A stretch of 64,000 nt of DNA from Candidatus Zixiibacteriota bacterium (GCA_020344055.1 CP070813.1:295551-359550); one strand, 5' to 3'. Counted from the stretch's first letter, positions 27,809 to 38,305 are shown. Notes: generated from the letters alone by a model not told the origin. Numbers and translations: made by a program.

Positions 27809-28292
27809 TCAGGTCTCCTTTCGATTGTCATCCGGGCCGGCAGCGGCCGCCTGCGGCCCAGGATCGGTTTTTCGCAAATTTTAGCACGTTAATATGGAAA
27901 TTTTGACCCGATGCGCAAGTATTTTTTTTCGGGGGGAGGCTTAAATTGATCTCTTGAAAAAAATATAGGTTAGCAGTGCGGTGTTCCTGTACCTTGGATT
28001 TTCGCATCAGAACCGCAGAAACTGATTGCCGGGCCGGCGGTAAAAACCGCTTGACAACAATTATCGGAGAAACTATGATTAATTTAATAGCGCACGCCCG
28101 ATATTATGGTGCGAGAGGTCTGCGACTGTTGGTGATCCGAGTGGTTTGAATAGCTTCAGGAATGAATTTGAAGATAAATTTCCCTCTCCAGATCAAACGT
28201 TTTTTCTCATCAATAATTTTTCAGGCATTTTAATCGAAAGTTATAGTGTTTTGATAGTAGGGGATTTCATTAAACGAAGGAGGCGTACAGCA

Positions 28293-29933
28293 ATGGTTAA
28301 TCGGATCACCTCTATTTTGGTTTTCGCGTTTGCAGCGGTTTTTTTTACACTATTCGGTTGTGGTGACGATAACGGCACGAATGGTCAGGTTCATGTGGGC
28401 AACGCCCAGGTGATGGTTGATTCTGCAAATAATATTCTGGCCGATATTTTATATGATCTGGTCAACAATGATAATATCGATCATCCCGACAGCCTGGATT
28501 TCACTGCGGCTTACAATCTGTATCTTGAGGCCCTGGATTCGTCGCTTTATCATCCGGGAGCAAACTTCGGGGCTGGTCTTCTGGAAGTTCTCATGCTTAC
28601 TCAGGACCCGGAGTTCCAGAACGCTTATGATCGCTGGGAGGAGTTTATTGACAGCGATGCCTATTTCCTGGTCGATGGCCCCTTAAGCGGCCCGTCGTTT
28701 TTCATCGGCCCCACAATAAAAATCGATAATGTCTCGATACCGATAGAAAACTCCTTGAATATCACCCGATCGTTTTGCAGGCTTTCTCTTCAGGACTATC
28801 CCACCATAGGCGAAGTTCAGAATATACTGATGACCAATATCCTCCCCAGAATCGATTTTGCCATCACATGTCTGGATAGAGTGACCGATAGTACCGATTT
28901 TGTATTTATGGTAACGGGGAGGATGCAGGGCGATTTAAACGAGGATCCCGTTGAATTGGATCTGACCGAAATTTATGCTACCCTGGCGGGTTTGTCTGCA
29001 GTGAAAGCAGCCATATATCAATCCTGCTCATACAATCTTAACCTGCAGGCTTATTCCGGCGAGGAAATGATCCAGTTTCTTTCGCAGAACTCATCATTTT
29101 TATCGCTTAACTCTGTTGGACAATCCCGCATGGACCTGGCTCTGGGAGCTTTGCAGGGTGCAGTTGATTATCTCGACGCCGGCGTTCAATTTTTGAAGTA
29201 TGAAACCGACCCTCAGGGAGATGATCTGATTTTTATCGATATGGATGATGAGTTTACCCAGGAAGAATTCGACAGTCTGGAAAACTGGATCCCTTACGTG
29301 AGAAACTCGCTGAATTCATCTCATACGTTTACATTTGAAATCGATGGAGTGGATGAGGATATCGAGATTTCCCTGTATTCATTCTATTCCTCTCCGGTGC
29401 AGAACTTAAAATCCCTTTTTCCCCCGTATCAGGTTACTCTGGATACTCAACTCGTGGATTGGCAAAACAGCATCAGCGGGCAGACCCCCATTTCGGCGAC
29501 AGTGAATGTGGGCAGCGCCGGTTATTACCAGTGGAGCCGCTCGGGCGAATTTCATTATGGTGATCCGCACTATTTTTATGAATATATCACAGAGGGCTTT
29601 TCGGCCCCGGGATTTGACTCGGCCTGGAACAGTATGGTAAGCACCATGTCGGCTCATCCTTATGTTTATATGTCCGTATGGTATTCGGGATATATTCAAC
29701 CTGGCCAACGGCAAATCTACAGCGAAATTTACTATTATTACAGCGATGATGCGTTATCTCGCTATATTCCGAAGATTACGTGGGATGCGGATACCTTCGA
29801 GGAATGGATATTCCCTGATCCGACTATGGGCGGATTGCTCCCGGGGATGACGGACAGCAGACTGAAAGACCTCCTGGATTTGACCGCCGATGATTGGCAA
29901 AAAACGGATGTTTGGGAATTGTGGTGGGATTAA
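28293..29933 (+). CDS. Hypothetical lipoprotein
   Basis: RBS aaggagg 9 nt upstream of the ATG at 28293. MVNRITSILVFAFAAVFFTLFGC has a lipobox LFGC. The ORF is open from 28146. By eye lower GC than the flanks. Confidence 0.55.
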   Translation: MVNRITSILVFAFAAVFFTLFGCGDDNGTNGQVHVGNAQVMVDSANNILADILYDLVNNDNIDHPDSLDFTAAYNLYLEALDSSLYHPGANFGAGLLEVLMLTQDPEFQNAYDRWEEFIDSDAYFLVDGPLSGPSFFIGPTIKIDNVSIPIENSLNITRSFCRLSLQDYPTIGEVQNILMTNILPRIDFAITCLDRVTDSTDFVFMVTGRMQGDLNEDPVELDLTEIYATLAGLSAVKAAIYQSCSYNLNLQAYSGEEMIQFLSQNSSFLSLNSVGQSRMDLALGALQGAVDYLDAGVQFLKYETDPQGDDLIFIDMDDEFTQEEFDSLENWIPYVRNSLNSSHTFTFEIDGVDEDIEISLYSFYSSPVQNLKSLFPPYQVTLDTQLVDWQNSISGQTPISATVNVGSAGYYQWSRSGEFHYGDPHYFYEYITEGFSAPGFDSAWNSMVSTMSAHPYVYMSVWYSGYIQPGQRQIYSEIYYYYSDDALSRYIPKITWDADTFEEWIFPDPTMGGLLPGMTDSRLKDLLDLTADDWQKTDVWELWWD

Positions 29934-31392
29934 GATAAATTCCCGGAATTCCGCCATTATATTAATCGCTCTTTGTACCCTCGGGTCATTTAAATCGGAA
30001 ATTGCTCGCGGGAATCAATATGATCGTTTGATTAAATATATTCTCGGGATTGACGGCGATAGCTTTTCATTCGGGGGTAACCTGGCGCGTCTTAAACCTG
30101 CGGATTTCGATTTTCCGTCCGAAAAGAATCGCCGTCTCTCTATCTCGGGGGCCTATTCGGATTATTACCGGCCTGGCGGACTTGAATCCTCGAATTCGTC
30201 GTTCGGGCGATGGATAGATCTGAACGCCGTCGTCTCCGGAAAAAACAGGATATGCTGGGAAATCAATTTTTCAATTATTAATCATTACTGGAAAATAACG
30301 TCTTTCAAGCAGGACATCAATCAATACGGTCGATTCAAATCCAATCGATCGCCTTCTCACTTCAACGGGAAAATCGCTTTCGGTCCCGAAATTATCGATA
30401 TCGGTTTTTCTCTGGAAAGACATGTTCCTTTCGAATTTCACATATCGAACGCACTCGATTTTAAAGAATACGGGGCGGTTGGAATCGGGTGGCGCCGCAA
30501 GCATTTTCGGCCGGAACTTGACGTGCATTGGCAGGATGATTCTGCATCCGTGGATTGTTTTATTTACAACGAGGGTTTCTTCAGCTGGACAAGACTTCCC
30601 AGAATATATATCTTCGATATTGAATTGAATTTCCAGCGTTATAATTATTTTCAAGATAATGACGACGCATCTCAGCCGATATTGACACCCTGGGGCAGAC
30701 AATATGGATACCACGGAATCTTTTCCTTTTCATTGGATCGCTGGAAAATTTATGGCGGGGCACGGGAGCAGGACTTCGATCTGATGGCATATGGTTACAA
30801 AGATCCATATGATTACGCCAAGGTAACGGCTTTTGACCTGAATATAAAATCTCTATTTTCGGGGATCGAGGTCAATTCGCGAGGCCTTGAAAAAAGCGCG
30901 TTTTTCGAGTTCGAATTGATGAATTGGGACGGGTTCAGCCGCGGTCATCTGGAATTCTGGCCATTTACATCGGGATTTATAGATCTGCTGGGATTGAGGA
31001 GATATTATATTTCGGAAACCGAGGGATCGCTCCGGCGTTTTCATTTTGGGGGATGGAAAAAGTTCAATGGAAGATGGATCGGTTCCGGAGGTATCAATAT
31101 GATATATATTAAACCTGAAGCCGAGTTGTCTCATTGGCGGCCGGCGTTTCTGATTTTTGGCAAGGCCGACGAGAAACATCACAGGCTGGATATTACAAAA
31201 AATTTTTCAGGCGTTCTTCATCTGTCGGCGATTTATAAACGCCGAGCATGGGATATCTGTTACTCTTTTAGCCAGATCATCCCTTTTAAAACATGGCGCA
31301 GGGAAAAAGAATTCGTTGATCAACCTGGAAGAAAAGCCGCAGCGGTGTATGGTGGCGGCTTTCATCAATTCAAGATAAACTACCACCTTTAA
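29908..31392 (+). CDS. Hypothetical secreted protein, aromatic-rich (possible outer-membrane beta-barrel), paired with the upstream lipoprotein
   Basis: N-terminal KINSRNSAIILIALCTLGSF signal-like region. Overlaps the previous gene by 26 nt in another frame. Alternating hydrophobic/aromatic pattern. Confidence 0.4.
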   Translation: MFGNCGGIKINSRNSAIILIALCTLGSFKSEIARGNQYDRLIKYILGIDGDSFSFGGNLARLKPADFDFPSEKNRRLSISGAYSDYYRPGGLESSNSSFGRWIDLNAVVSGKNRICWEINFSIINHYWKITSFKQDINQYGRFKSNRSPSHFNGKIAFGPEIIDIGFSLERHVPFEFHISNALDFKEYGAVGIGWRRKHFRPELDVHWQDDSASVDCFIYNEGFFSWTRLPRIYIFDIELNFQRYNYFQDNDDASQPILTPWGRQYGYHGIFSFSLDRWKIYGGAREQDFDLMAYGYKDPYDYAKVTAFDLNIKSLFSGIEVNSRGLEKSAFFEFELMNWDGFSRGHLEFWPFTSGFIDLLGLRRYYISETEGSLRRFHFGGWKKFNGRWIGSGGINMIYIKPEAELSHWRPAFLIFGKADEKHHRLDITKNFSGVLHLSAIYKRRAWDICYSFSQIIPFKTWRREKEFVDQPGRKAAAVYGGGFHQFKINYHL

Positions 31393-31617
31393 CAATCGAT
31401 ATATAACCGGCGGCTGATCTCCAATTCCGCCAGGCCGTTAAGTGTAAATACCTGGCGCCACTCGTTAACAGAGACAGCACAGTTTAATTTTTGATTACCA
31501 AACCTACCGGTTCGCCATCGGTTATGTAGGTAGACGCGGACCTCCGCCTACCACAACAATTCCATACCTGATCGAAATGTTATAGGGTCGGGTGACCCGA
31601 TAGCACCGATTTTAAAA

Positions 31618-32493
31618 TTACACTCTCAAAATTGGCCTGGTAAGACAGGTGGGGCCCCCGGCGCCCTTATGGCAGATCTCGTCGCCGTCGATCTCGAAAA
31701 CCTCTGCGCCTGCTTCTTCCAGCATCCCCCTTGTTATGGGATTGCCCGAAAGCATGATGCATTTCCGGGGTTCCACTGCCAGGACATTGCAGGCCATGTT
31801 GCCATATTCCGAATCGGGAACCTCAATAAGAGTCATCCCCCTTCTTAAGAGCCATTGTCGAAACGGCACCGGCATCATCTTTGGATATATCACCGCTAAA
31901 TCCCTGTCCACCGGGCTGATCATGGACATCAGGTGCAGGCAGTGTTCCGGCCCGCGCCAATGGGGGAGAGGCACAACGAAAAATTCGTATACCAATGACG
32001 ATGTCAGTTCCTTGAGCTGCCTGATCCCCTCGGCGTTGGTGCGATACCCCTCGCCCACGGCCATAGTCCTGTCATCCAGCCAGACAACGTCGCCCCCCTC
32101 GAGGCGGCCATTGCCTTCGATTCCGCCCAGCACCGGTATTTCCACCGCCTTGAAATATTCGGCGACGGCGCCGGGCTCGCCCCCCCGTTCGCCCTTGCCC
32201 ATATTGCATAGAATGGCACCTTCCCTGGTTACTAGAACTGAATCATGAACGTATATCGAATCGAGACCGGTCAATTCGCCTTGGGGCAGATATTCTATGT
32301 AATGAACGAATCCTTTCAGCAGGGCGACAAAATTGTCGTATTCGATAACCGCTCTTTTATAATCGGTCGGGCCGGTATAATTGAGCTTCTCCCACTGTTT
32401 ATCGATGGAATCCTGGTTGATATAGGCGTCTTTGGGATGCTTCAGCATAAGCCGTTCGATTTTGCCGTATTCACTCTGGCACCCGATTTTCAT
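31618..32493 (-). CDS. Amidinotransferase-superfamily enzyme (dimethylarginine dimethylaminohydrolase / arginine deiminase-like)
   Basis: C-terminal catalytic Cys in GAGGPTCLTRPI, a fold-wide conserved pattern (DDAH GGGxxCMT-like). Confidence 0.7.
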   Translation of the reverse strand: MKIGCQSEYGKIERLMLKHPKDAYINQDSIDKQWEKLNYTGPTDYKRAVIEYDNFVALLKGFVHYIEYLPQGELTGLDSIYVHDSVLVTREGAILCNMGKGERGGEPGAVAEYFKAVEIPVLGGIEGNGRLEGGDVVWLDDRTMAVGEGYRTNAEGIRQLKELTSSLVYEFFVVPLPHWRGPEHCLHLMSMISPVDRDLAVIYPKMMPVPFRQWLLRRGMTLIEVPDSEYGNMACNVLAVEPRKCIMLSGNPITRGMLEEAGAEVFEIDGDEICHKGAGGPTCLTRPILRV

Positions 32494-32519
32494 TTAATCC
32501 TCAACCATTTTCATAATGA

Positions 32520-32547
32520 TTATAAAAAGGGGCGCCCGAGGCGCCCC
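32520..32547 (-). terminator. Rho-independent terminator of the rubrerythrin-like gene
   Basis: GGGGCGCC-cga-GGCGCCCC (32529-32547) followed on the minus strand by TTTTTATA. Confidence 0.7.
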
Positions 32548-32562
32548 GCGCAAATCGCTATT

Positions 32563-33084
32563 TTAGAAAGGCTCGAACCTGGCCTCATCGAAAATCGCTC
32601 TCTGGAGAAAACGTTTTTGAGCGATCAAGGCACGCAAATGCTCGCCTTCCCAGATCGCCAGTTCGTGAAAGAACTTCTTAGTTTTGGGATCTTTGGAGCT
32701 TTCTTTCTGCTGGCGATAAAAATCGATAGCGTTTTGCTCCAGCATTATCCCGATGGAGAGCGCGGACATCTCGAAATTCTTTTTCTTTTTGCTTTCAAGG
32801 AATTCTCTGGAGAAAACGGGAGACTTTACCTTGAATCTCGATTTGGGCGGTTTTCTGAACGGTTTGAAATCCTTGCCCTGGATGATTAGCTGATACTGGT
32901 CGTTGAGCATATCGCGATGTCTCACCTCGTCGGCGGCCAGCGACTCGAACATCTTTTTCGCCCCTTCGTCCTTCGATTTCCCGGCGGCAATTTTGTAAAA
33001 TTCGAATCCCTCTATCTCGGTCTGTATAGCCACAGCCAAACCATCGGCGGCTGATAATGATTTCTTCGATGCTTTCTTCGGCAC
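32563..33084 (-). CDS. Ferritin-like diiron domain protein (rubrerythrin-like, no rubredoxin domain)
   Basis: Two E...E..H half-sites (EIEGFEFYK...ADEVRH and LEQNAIDFY...EGEH). Confidence 0.6.
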   Translation of the reverse strand: MPKKASKKSLSAADGLAVAIQTEIEGFEFYKIAAGKSKDEGAKKMFESLAADEVRHRDMLNDQYQLIIQGKDFKPFRKPPKSRFKVKSPVFSREFLESKKKKNFEMSALSIGIMLEQNAIDFYRQQKESSKDPKTKKFFHELAIWEGEHLRALIAQKRFLQRAIFDEARFEPF

Positions 33085-33106
33085 CCGGTCCTCCTTTACC
33101 CTGGTG

Positions 33107-34504
33107 TTAATTTATGATATGAATTGCCTTTTTGTTCACGTTTAATCCGGCTTCCATCAACGCTTCCGATAGGGTCGGATGAATCGCCATTATATGGCCG
33201 AGATCCTCGGCGGTACCGTCGAACTCCATCAGGGCCGTGCCGGCGAAAATTATATCGCCGGAATGTGGCCCGAAGATATGTATACCGAGAATTTGATCGG
33301 TCTCGGCATCGGAAATCACCTTGGCGAATCCATCGGTGGCCAGGGTGGCGATACCCTTTCCCACCGCTCTATAAGGGAATTTCCCGATCTTAACCTTTTT
33401 GCCCTCCGCTTCGGCCTCGTTTTCCGTCAAACCGATACCGGCGATCTCGGGATCGGTGAAGACGGCGTATGGCACCGCCTTCCAGTCGGCGCCGATGGTG
33501 GAACCCGCTATATCCTCGGCCGCGACTATTCCCTGGTGCGAGGCTTTATGCGCCAGGAGTATGCCGCCGGTTATGTCGCCGATGGCGTAAATATTGGATA
33601 CATTGGTGCGCATCCGTTTGTCCGTGGTTATGAATCCCTTTTTGTCGGTCGCGACTCCGGCCTTATCCAGGTTCAGGCTTTTCGTATTGGGCGTCATTCC
33701 CACCGCCACCAGCACCACGTCGAACGAGAGTTTCTCCTCTCCTTTCGGGGTTTTTACCGTCAATTCGATGCCGCTTTCCTTTTTATCCGCCGCCGTTACC
33801 TGCGACCCGGTATATATGGTCATCCCCTGTTTTGTGTACGCTTTCTCGGCGGCCTTCGATATCTCCTTATCCAGCATGGGGAGAACGTCGCTCAAAAGTT
33901 CGATAATTGTTACCTCGGAACCGAGAGTATTGTATACGGTCGCCATCTCGACCCCGATCGGCCCGGCGCCGATAACCCCCAGTCTTTTCGGCACCGAGGG
34001 AAGATCGATCGCCTCTTTGGCGCCGATAATTGTCTTGCCGTCTATTTTCAGCATGGGAAGGGAAGCTATCGATACGCCGGTGGCTATAATGAAATTCTCC
34101 GATTCTAGGTACGATTTTTTAGTGCCGTCGGAAATTTCTATTTTATTGGGATCGGCAAATGACGCCTCCCCCATGATAATATTGACTCCGGCTTTCTCCA
34201 GGAGCAGTTTAACTCCTCCGGTGAGCCTTTTTACCGTATCGTCCTTATGTTTTCTCAATTTATCGATATCGATGGTAACATTTTCGGCCTTCAGGCCGAT
34301 TCTTCCGGCGTGCTCTATTGTTCTTTTCAATTCGGTTGTATAAAGCAAGGCTTTCGAGGGGATACATCCCCAGTTGAGACAGACGCCCCCTAAACTCTCT
34401 TTTTCCACAATCGCGGTTTTCAAACCCAGCTGGGCGGCCCGTATCGCCGCCACATATCCACCGGGGCCGGCCCCGATCACCACCAACTGATACTTATCAG
34501 CCAT
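33107..34504 (-). CDS. lpdA: Dihydrolipoyl dehydrogenase (E3)
   Basis: MADKYQLVVIGAGPGGYVAAIRAAQLGLKTAIVEKE..GGVCLNWGCIPSK redox-active disulfide; full-length pyridine nucleotide-disulfide oxidoreductase. Confidence 0.95.
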   Translation of the reverse strand: MADKYQLVVIGAGPGGYVAAIRAAQLGLKTAIVEKESLGGVCLNWGCIPSKALLYTTELKRTIEHAGRIGLKAENVTIDIDKLRKHKDDTVKRLTGGVKLLLEKAGVNIIMGEASFADPNKIEISDGTKKSYLESENFIIATGVSIASLPMLKIDGKTIIGAKEAIDLPSVPKRLGVIGAGPIGVEMATVYNTLGSEVTIIELLSDVLPMLDKEISKAAEKAYTKQGMTIYTGSQVTAADKKESGIELTVKTPKGEEKLSFDVVLVAVGMTPNTKSLNLDKAGVATDKKGFITTDKRMRTNVSNIYAIGDITGGILLAHKASHQGIVAAEDIAGSTIGADWKAVPYAVFTDPEIAGIGLTENEAEAEGKKVKIGKFPYRAVGKGIATLATDGFAKVISDAETDQILGIHIFGPHSGDIIFAGTALMEFDGTAEDLGHIMAIHPTLSEALMEAGLNVNKKAIHIIN

Positions 34505-35788
34505 CTAAATCACTCCAATCAACCAGCTTTCAGGTTCTTCAAGATACTCTATCATTTTGCGTAAAAACTGGACGGCGTAACCGCCATCGATAACCCGATG
34601 ATCGAACGACAGTCCGAAATTCAATATCGGTCTTATAACTATTTCACCGTCCCGCGCGACCGGTTTATCCGTTATTTTATGCACGCCCAGGATAGCGACC
34701 TGCGGATGCGCTATGATGGGCGTGGAAGCGGTGGCGCCGAACATCCCGGCGTTGGTTATGGTGAAAGTCCCGCCCTGAATATCTTTGATGTCCAGCTTGT
34801 CGGCGTTGGCTTTCTCGCCCAGCTCCTTCATTTCCATCGCAATTTGCAGGATAGATTTCTGTTCGCAATTCCTCACCACCGGTACGATTAAAGAGTTTTC
34901 CCGCGCCACGGCGAAACCGATGTTGAAATTTTTCTTTACGCGAAGATTGTCCCCGTCGAAGGTCGCGTTGATCCAGGGAAATTTTTTAGCGGCATGGATG
35001 ACCGCTTTAACGAAAAACGGCATATACGTAATCCGTACACCATGCTCCGCTTCGATCCTGTCGACGTATTTCCTTCGCCAGGCGACGAGATCCGACATGT
35101 CGCAATCATCGAAGGTGGTGACGTGGGGAATGGTGAACGCCGCTTTGGTCATATGCTCCGATATTACCTTGCGGACGCCGGTAATCGGTATGACCTCCTC
35201 GACCTCCGTATCCGGCCAGATGAAATCCGGTTTTTTCTTGTCGATGGTGTGCCGGGCGTTGATATAATTTATTACGTCTTCCTTGGAGACACGCCCGTCT
35301 CTGCCGGTGCCGTGCACCAGGCGAAGGTCTATGAAATGTTCTCTGGCCAGCCTTCTGACGATGGGGGATGATTTTACCGCCTTTATGCCGGAGTCGATGG
35401 CTTCTTTATCCGCATGAATCCCCATCTTCTCGTGATGCGCGGTGGTCCCCACAAACTCTTCGGACGGCCTGGCGGTCTCCTGCTCGCCGGGAATATGCTC
35501 TTTCCCGTCCTCCGCCGTGGTTTGAAACGCTTTTGTCTTAATAGCCTCGCCTTCGACTTCCATTATAGCTATCTCCGCCCCGATCTCAACCACTGTATCC
35601 GCCGGCGACAGGTGCTTTATCATGGTCCCTTCATACGGAGAGGGGATTTCGATGTTGATCTTATCGGTCATTATCTCCACCAGAGGCTCGTCGACCTTGA
35701 CCTTTTCGCCTTCGGCTTTCAGCCATTTGACGATGGTCCCTTCAACAACCGATTCTCCCAGCGGGGGGACGACTATTTTATATTCCAC
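34505..35788 (-). CDS. Dihydrolipoamide acyltransferase (E2) of a 2-oxo acid dehydrogenase complex
   Basis: Lipoyl domain EGTIVKWLKAEGEKVKVDEPLVEIMTDKINIEIPSP. Subunit-binding domain SPIVRRLAREHFIDLRLVHGTGRDGRV. Catalytic DHRVIDG. Confidence 0.92.
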   Translation of the reverse strand: MEYKIVVPPLGESVVEGTIVKWLKAEGEKVKVDEPLVEIMTDKINIEIPSPYEGTMIKHLSPADTVVEIGAEIAIMEVEGEAIKTKAFQTTAEDGKEHIPGEQETARPSEEFVGTTAHHEKMGIHADKEAIDSGIKAVKSSPIVRRLAREHFIDLRLVHGTGRDGRVSKEDVINYINARHTIDKKKPDFIWPDTEVEEVIPITGVRKVISEHMTKAAFTIPHVTTFDDCDMSDLVAWRRKYVDRIEAEHGVRITYMPFFVKAVIHAAKKFPWINATFDGDNLRVKKNFNIGFAVARENSLIVPVVRNCEQKSILQIAMEMKELGEKANADKLDIKDIQGGTFTITNAGMFGATASTPIIAHPQVAILGVHKITDKPVARDGEIVIRPILNFGLSFDHRVIDGGYAVQFLRKMIEYLEEPESWLIGVI

Positions 35789-35797
35789 AAATCCTCC

Positions 35798-36781
35798 TTA
35801 ATATTCCATTAACCTGGTTGCCGCCGTGACGATCTTGTCGGCGTTTGGAAGGAAGAAATGTTCCATGGGCGGAGCGAACGGTATCGCCGGAACGTCAATT
35901 CCGCAGACCCGTGTAATGGGGGCGTCGAGGTAGTCGAATACCTCCTCGGTAATGGTGGCCGAAATCTCCGCCATCACGCCGCCGGTCTTCGAACCTTCCT
36001 GAACCAGCAATGCTCTCGATGTTTTCTTGACCGATTCCATAATCGTCTCCATGTCCCACGGCCTCAGGGTACGCAGGTCTATCACCTCTGCGGAAATCCC
36101 TTTTTTATCCAGCGATTCAGCAGCCTGCAGGGAACGATGATACATCAAACCGTATGATAAGATCGTCAGATCCGAACCCTCTTTCCTCACCGCGGCTTTT
36201 CCTATGGGAACCGTGAAATCCTCTTCGGGCAGATCTTCCTTGATCCAGCGATACAGCCGTTTGTGCTCGAAATAGATAACAGGATCATCGCCCCTGATCG
36301 CGGATCTCAACAATCCCTTGGCGTCGTAGGGCGTGGCCGGCATAACCACGATCAAACCCGGCTGAGAGAAGAACCATTGCTCGTTGATTTGCGAATGGTA
36401 TAATCCCCCGCCCACGTCGCCGCCGCAGCAGACCCTGACGGTCATGGGGCAGGTCCACTGTCCCCCGGTGCGGTATCTCATTTTGGCGGCCTGCTGGATC
36501 AGCTGATCCATGGCCGGCGTTATGAAATCGGCGAACTGTATTTCTGGTACCGGTTTCATTCCCACCATGGCCGCCCCCACTGATCCACCGGCGATATAGA
36601 CCTCCGAGATCGGCGAGTCGATAACGCGCTCCGGACCGAATCTGTCCAGGAGGCCCTTGGTGGCTTTGAATACGCCCCCGTAGACCCCTATATCTTCGCC
36701 GATCAAAAATACCCGTTCATCCCGCTCCATCTCCTCGAACAGGGTCTCCGTAATGGCCTCGATATAAGAAGTTTTTTTCAT
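35798..36781 (-). CDS. 2-oxo acid dehydrogenase E1 component beta subunit (transketolase-like)
   Basis: VFLIGEDIGVYGGVFKATKGL...; C-terminal transketolase domain. Start placed at MKKTSYIEAI, overlapping the thioesterase stop; the ORF is open to 36841. Confidence 0.88.
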   Translation of the reverse strand: MKKTSYIEAITETLFEEMERDERVFLIGEDIGVYGGVFKATKGLLDRFGPERVIDSPISEVYIAGGSVGAAMVGMKPVPEIQFADFITPAMDQLIQQAAKMRYRTGGQWTCPMTVRVCCGGDVGGGLYHSQINEQWFFSQPGLIVVMPATPYDAKGLLRSAIRGDDPVIYFEHKRLYRWIKEDLPEEDFTVPIGKAAVRKEGSDLTILSYGLMYHRSLQAAESLDKKGISAEVIDLRTLRPWDMETIMESVKKTSRALLVQEGSKTGGVMAEISATITEEVFDYLDAPITRVCGIDVPAIPFAPPMEHFFLPNADKIVTAATRLMEY

Positions 36782-37272
36782 TACGATTCCTGCCTTTTTA
36801 TCTCCAGCATTCTCTTTCTGATATTCTTGGCTTTTTCGCATTCGGCTTCTTCTTCCTCCGTCTCTAATATTAGAGGAGGAACAGCCCTCGGAACGCCGTT
36901 TTTATCCAGACATACAAATGTCAAATAGGCCTCAGACGTTTTCTTCATCTCGCCGGTATCCATATTCTCCGAATGAACGTCGACCTTGACCACCAGCGAT
37001 GTTTTGCCCACGCAAACCACTCGAGCCTTAAGATGCGCCAGATGCCCGACCTTGATAGGATTTAAAAATGATAATCCCTCTATTGCCGCCGTTACGCAGA
37101 TGGCCCTGCAATGACGATGAGCCGCCGTCGCCGCCGCCAGATCTATCCAGTGCATGACCCGTCCCCCCAGCACGTTACCCAGGACGTTGGCGTCGTTGGG
37201 AATGGCCAGCTCCGTCATTATTATTTCGGAATCGGCCGGTCTTTTGCCCTTTGGCGCGTTCGATTCAGACAT
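36781..37272 (-). CDS. Hotdog-fold acyl-CoA thioesterase (YciA/BFIT-like)
   Basis: ELAIPNDANVLGNVLGGRVMHWIDLAAATAAHRH...GKTSLVVKVDVHSEN. Confidence 0.75.
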   Translation of the reverse strand: MSESNAPKGKRPADSEIIMTELAIPNDANVLGNVLGGRVMHWIDLAAATAAHRHCRAICVTAAIEGLSFLNPIKVGHLAHLKARVVCVGKTSLVVKVDVHSENMDTGEMKKTSEAYLTFVCLDKNGVPRAVPPLILETEEEEAECEKAKNIRKRMLEIKRQES

Positions 37273-38305
37273 CTATGTTGTCGTTTCTCCTGACCGGAAA
37301 CGCCTCCGAGTAAACATCATTATAGGCTTCCTCCGGCTCCACATATTTGGCGGCTTCGCAGATTTTTATGGCCGCGTCGATTTCCTGGTCGATATCCTCC
37401 ACCATCGCGGCCCGTTTTTCAACAGTCAATATGCCCAGATCCATCAACAATTTTTCATGCCGAACCACAGGGTCCTGTTTCTTCCAGTATTCTATCTCAT
37501 CCGGAGAACGATAATCCGCGGGATCGATCTCGGAATGACCGTACCACCTGTAGGTCCTGCATTCTATAAGTGTCGGCCCCTCTCCAGCCCGGGCGCGCCG
37601 AACCGCTTCATAGGCCCTTTTGTGAACCAGCACCAGGTCGTTGCCGTCGATCGTCTCACCAGGAAATCCGTAAGCCTTGGCCCTGTCGGAAAAGTTTTCA
37701 ATACCGGCCTGTTTGGTGGAGGGGACCGATTCCGCCCAGAGATTGTTCTGGCAGATATAGACTATCGGCAGTTTGTGAATTCCTGCGAAGTTCAATGCTT
37801 CATGCCAGCCGCCCCGGGAGGTTCCGCCCTCTCCGAAAAAGGCTAATACCACGTTATCTTTTTTCTGAATTTGGAATCCCATGGCGCAGCCGGTGCCGAT
37901 AACCGCCTGGCTGGCGACGGTGGACGAGGGATGAATCACGCCCAGCTCCCGATCGCCGTAATGGCAGGGATGAGATTTGCCCTTATCGGGAGAGTTGGAT
38001 CGGGCATAGACCTGCGCGAATATCTTCTCCAGGGGAATGCCCTTGGTTATGGCGGCGCCTATCTCGCGATGAGAGGGGGCTATTATATCATCCTTGCGTA
38101 ATCCGTAGGTTGGACCGACGGTGGTGGCTTCCTGGCCCACAGCCGAAAAATATGTCCCGGCGAACCTGCCCTGCCGAAACAGCTTTCGGAGTCTTTCGTC
38201 GGTTGTCCTGGTTTTAACAATATTGATATAAAGTCCCAGAAGTATCTCCTCGGAAAGCCCGGGCTTATCCGGCTTCGCTTTCTTAGTCGCTGACTTTGAG
38301 GGCAT
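37265..38305 (-). CDS. 2-oxo acid dehydrogenase E1 component alpha subunit (TPP-dependent)
   Basis: FRQGRFAGTYFSAVGQEA ... GDGGTSRGGWHEALNFAG ... YRWYGHSEID. ATG at 38305 has GGAGGA 4 nt upstream; the ORF is open to a TTG at 38332. Confidence 0.88.
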   Translation of the reverse strand: MPSKSATKKAKPDKPGLSEEILLGLYINIVKTRTTDERLRKLFRQGRFAGTYFSAVGQEATTVGPTYGLRKDDIIAPSHREIGAAITKGIPLEKIFAQVYARSNSPDKGKSHPCHYGDRELGVIHPSSTVASQAVIGTGCAMGFQIQKKDNVVLAFFGEGGTSRGGWHEALNFAGIHKLPIVYICQNNLWAESVPSTKQAGIENFSDRAKAYGFPGETIDGNDLVLVHKRAYEAVRRARAGEGPTLIECRTYRWYGHSEIDPADYRSPDEIEYWKKQDPVVRHEKLLMDLGILTVEKRAAMVEDIDQEIDAAIKICEAAKYVEPEEAYNDVYSEAFPVRRNDNIDV

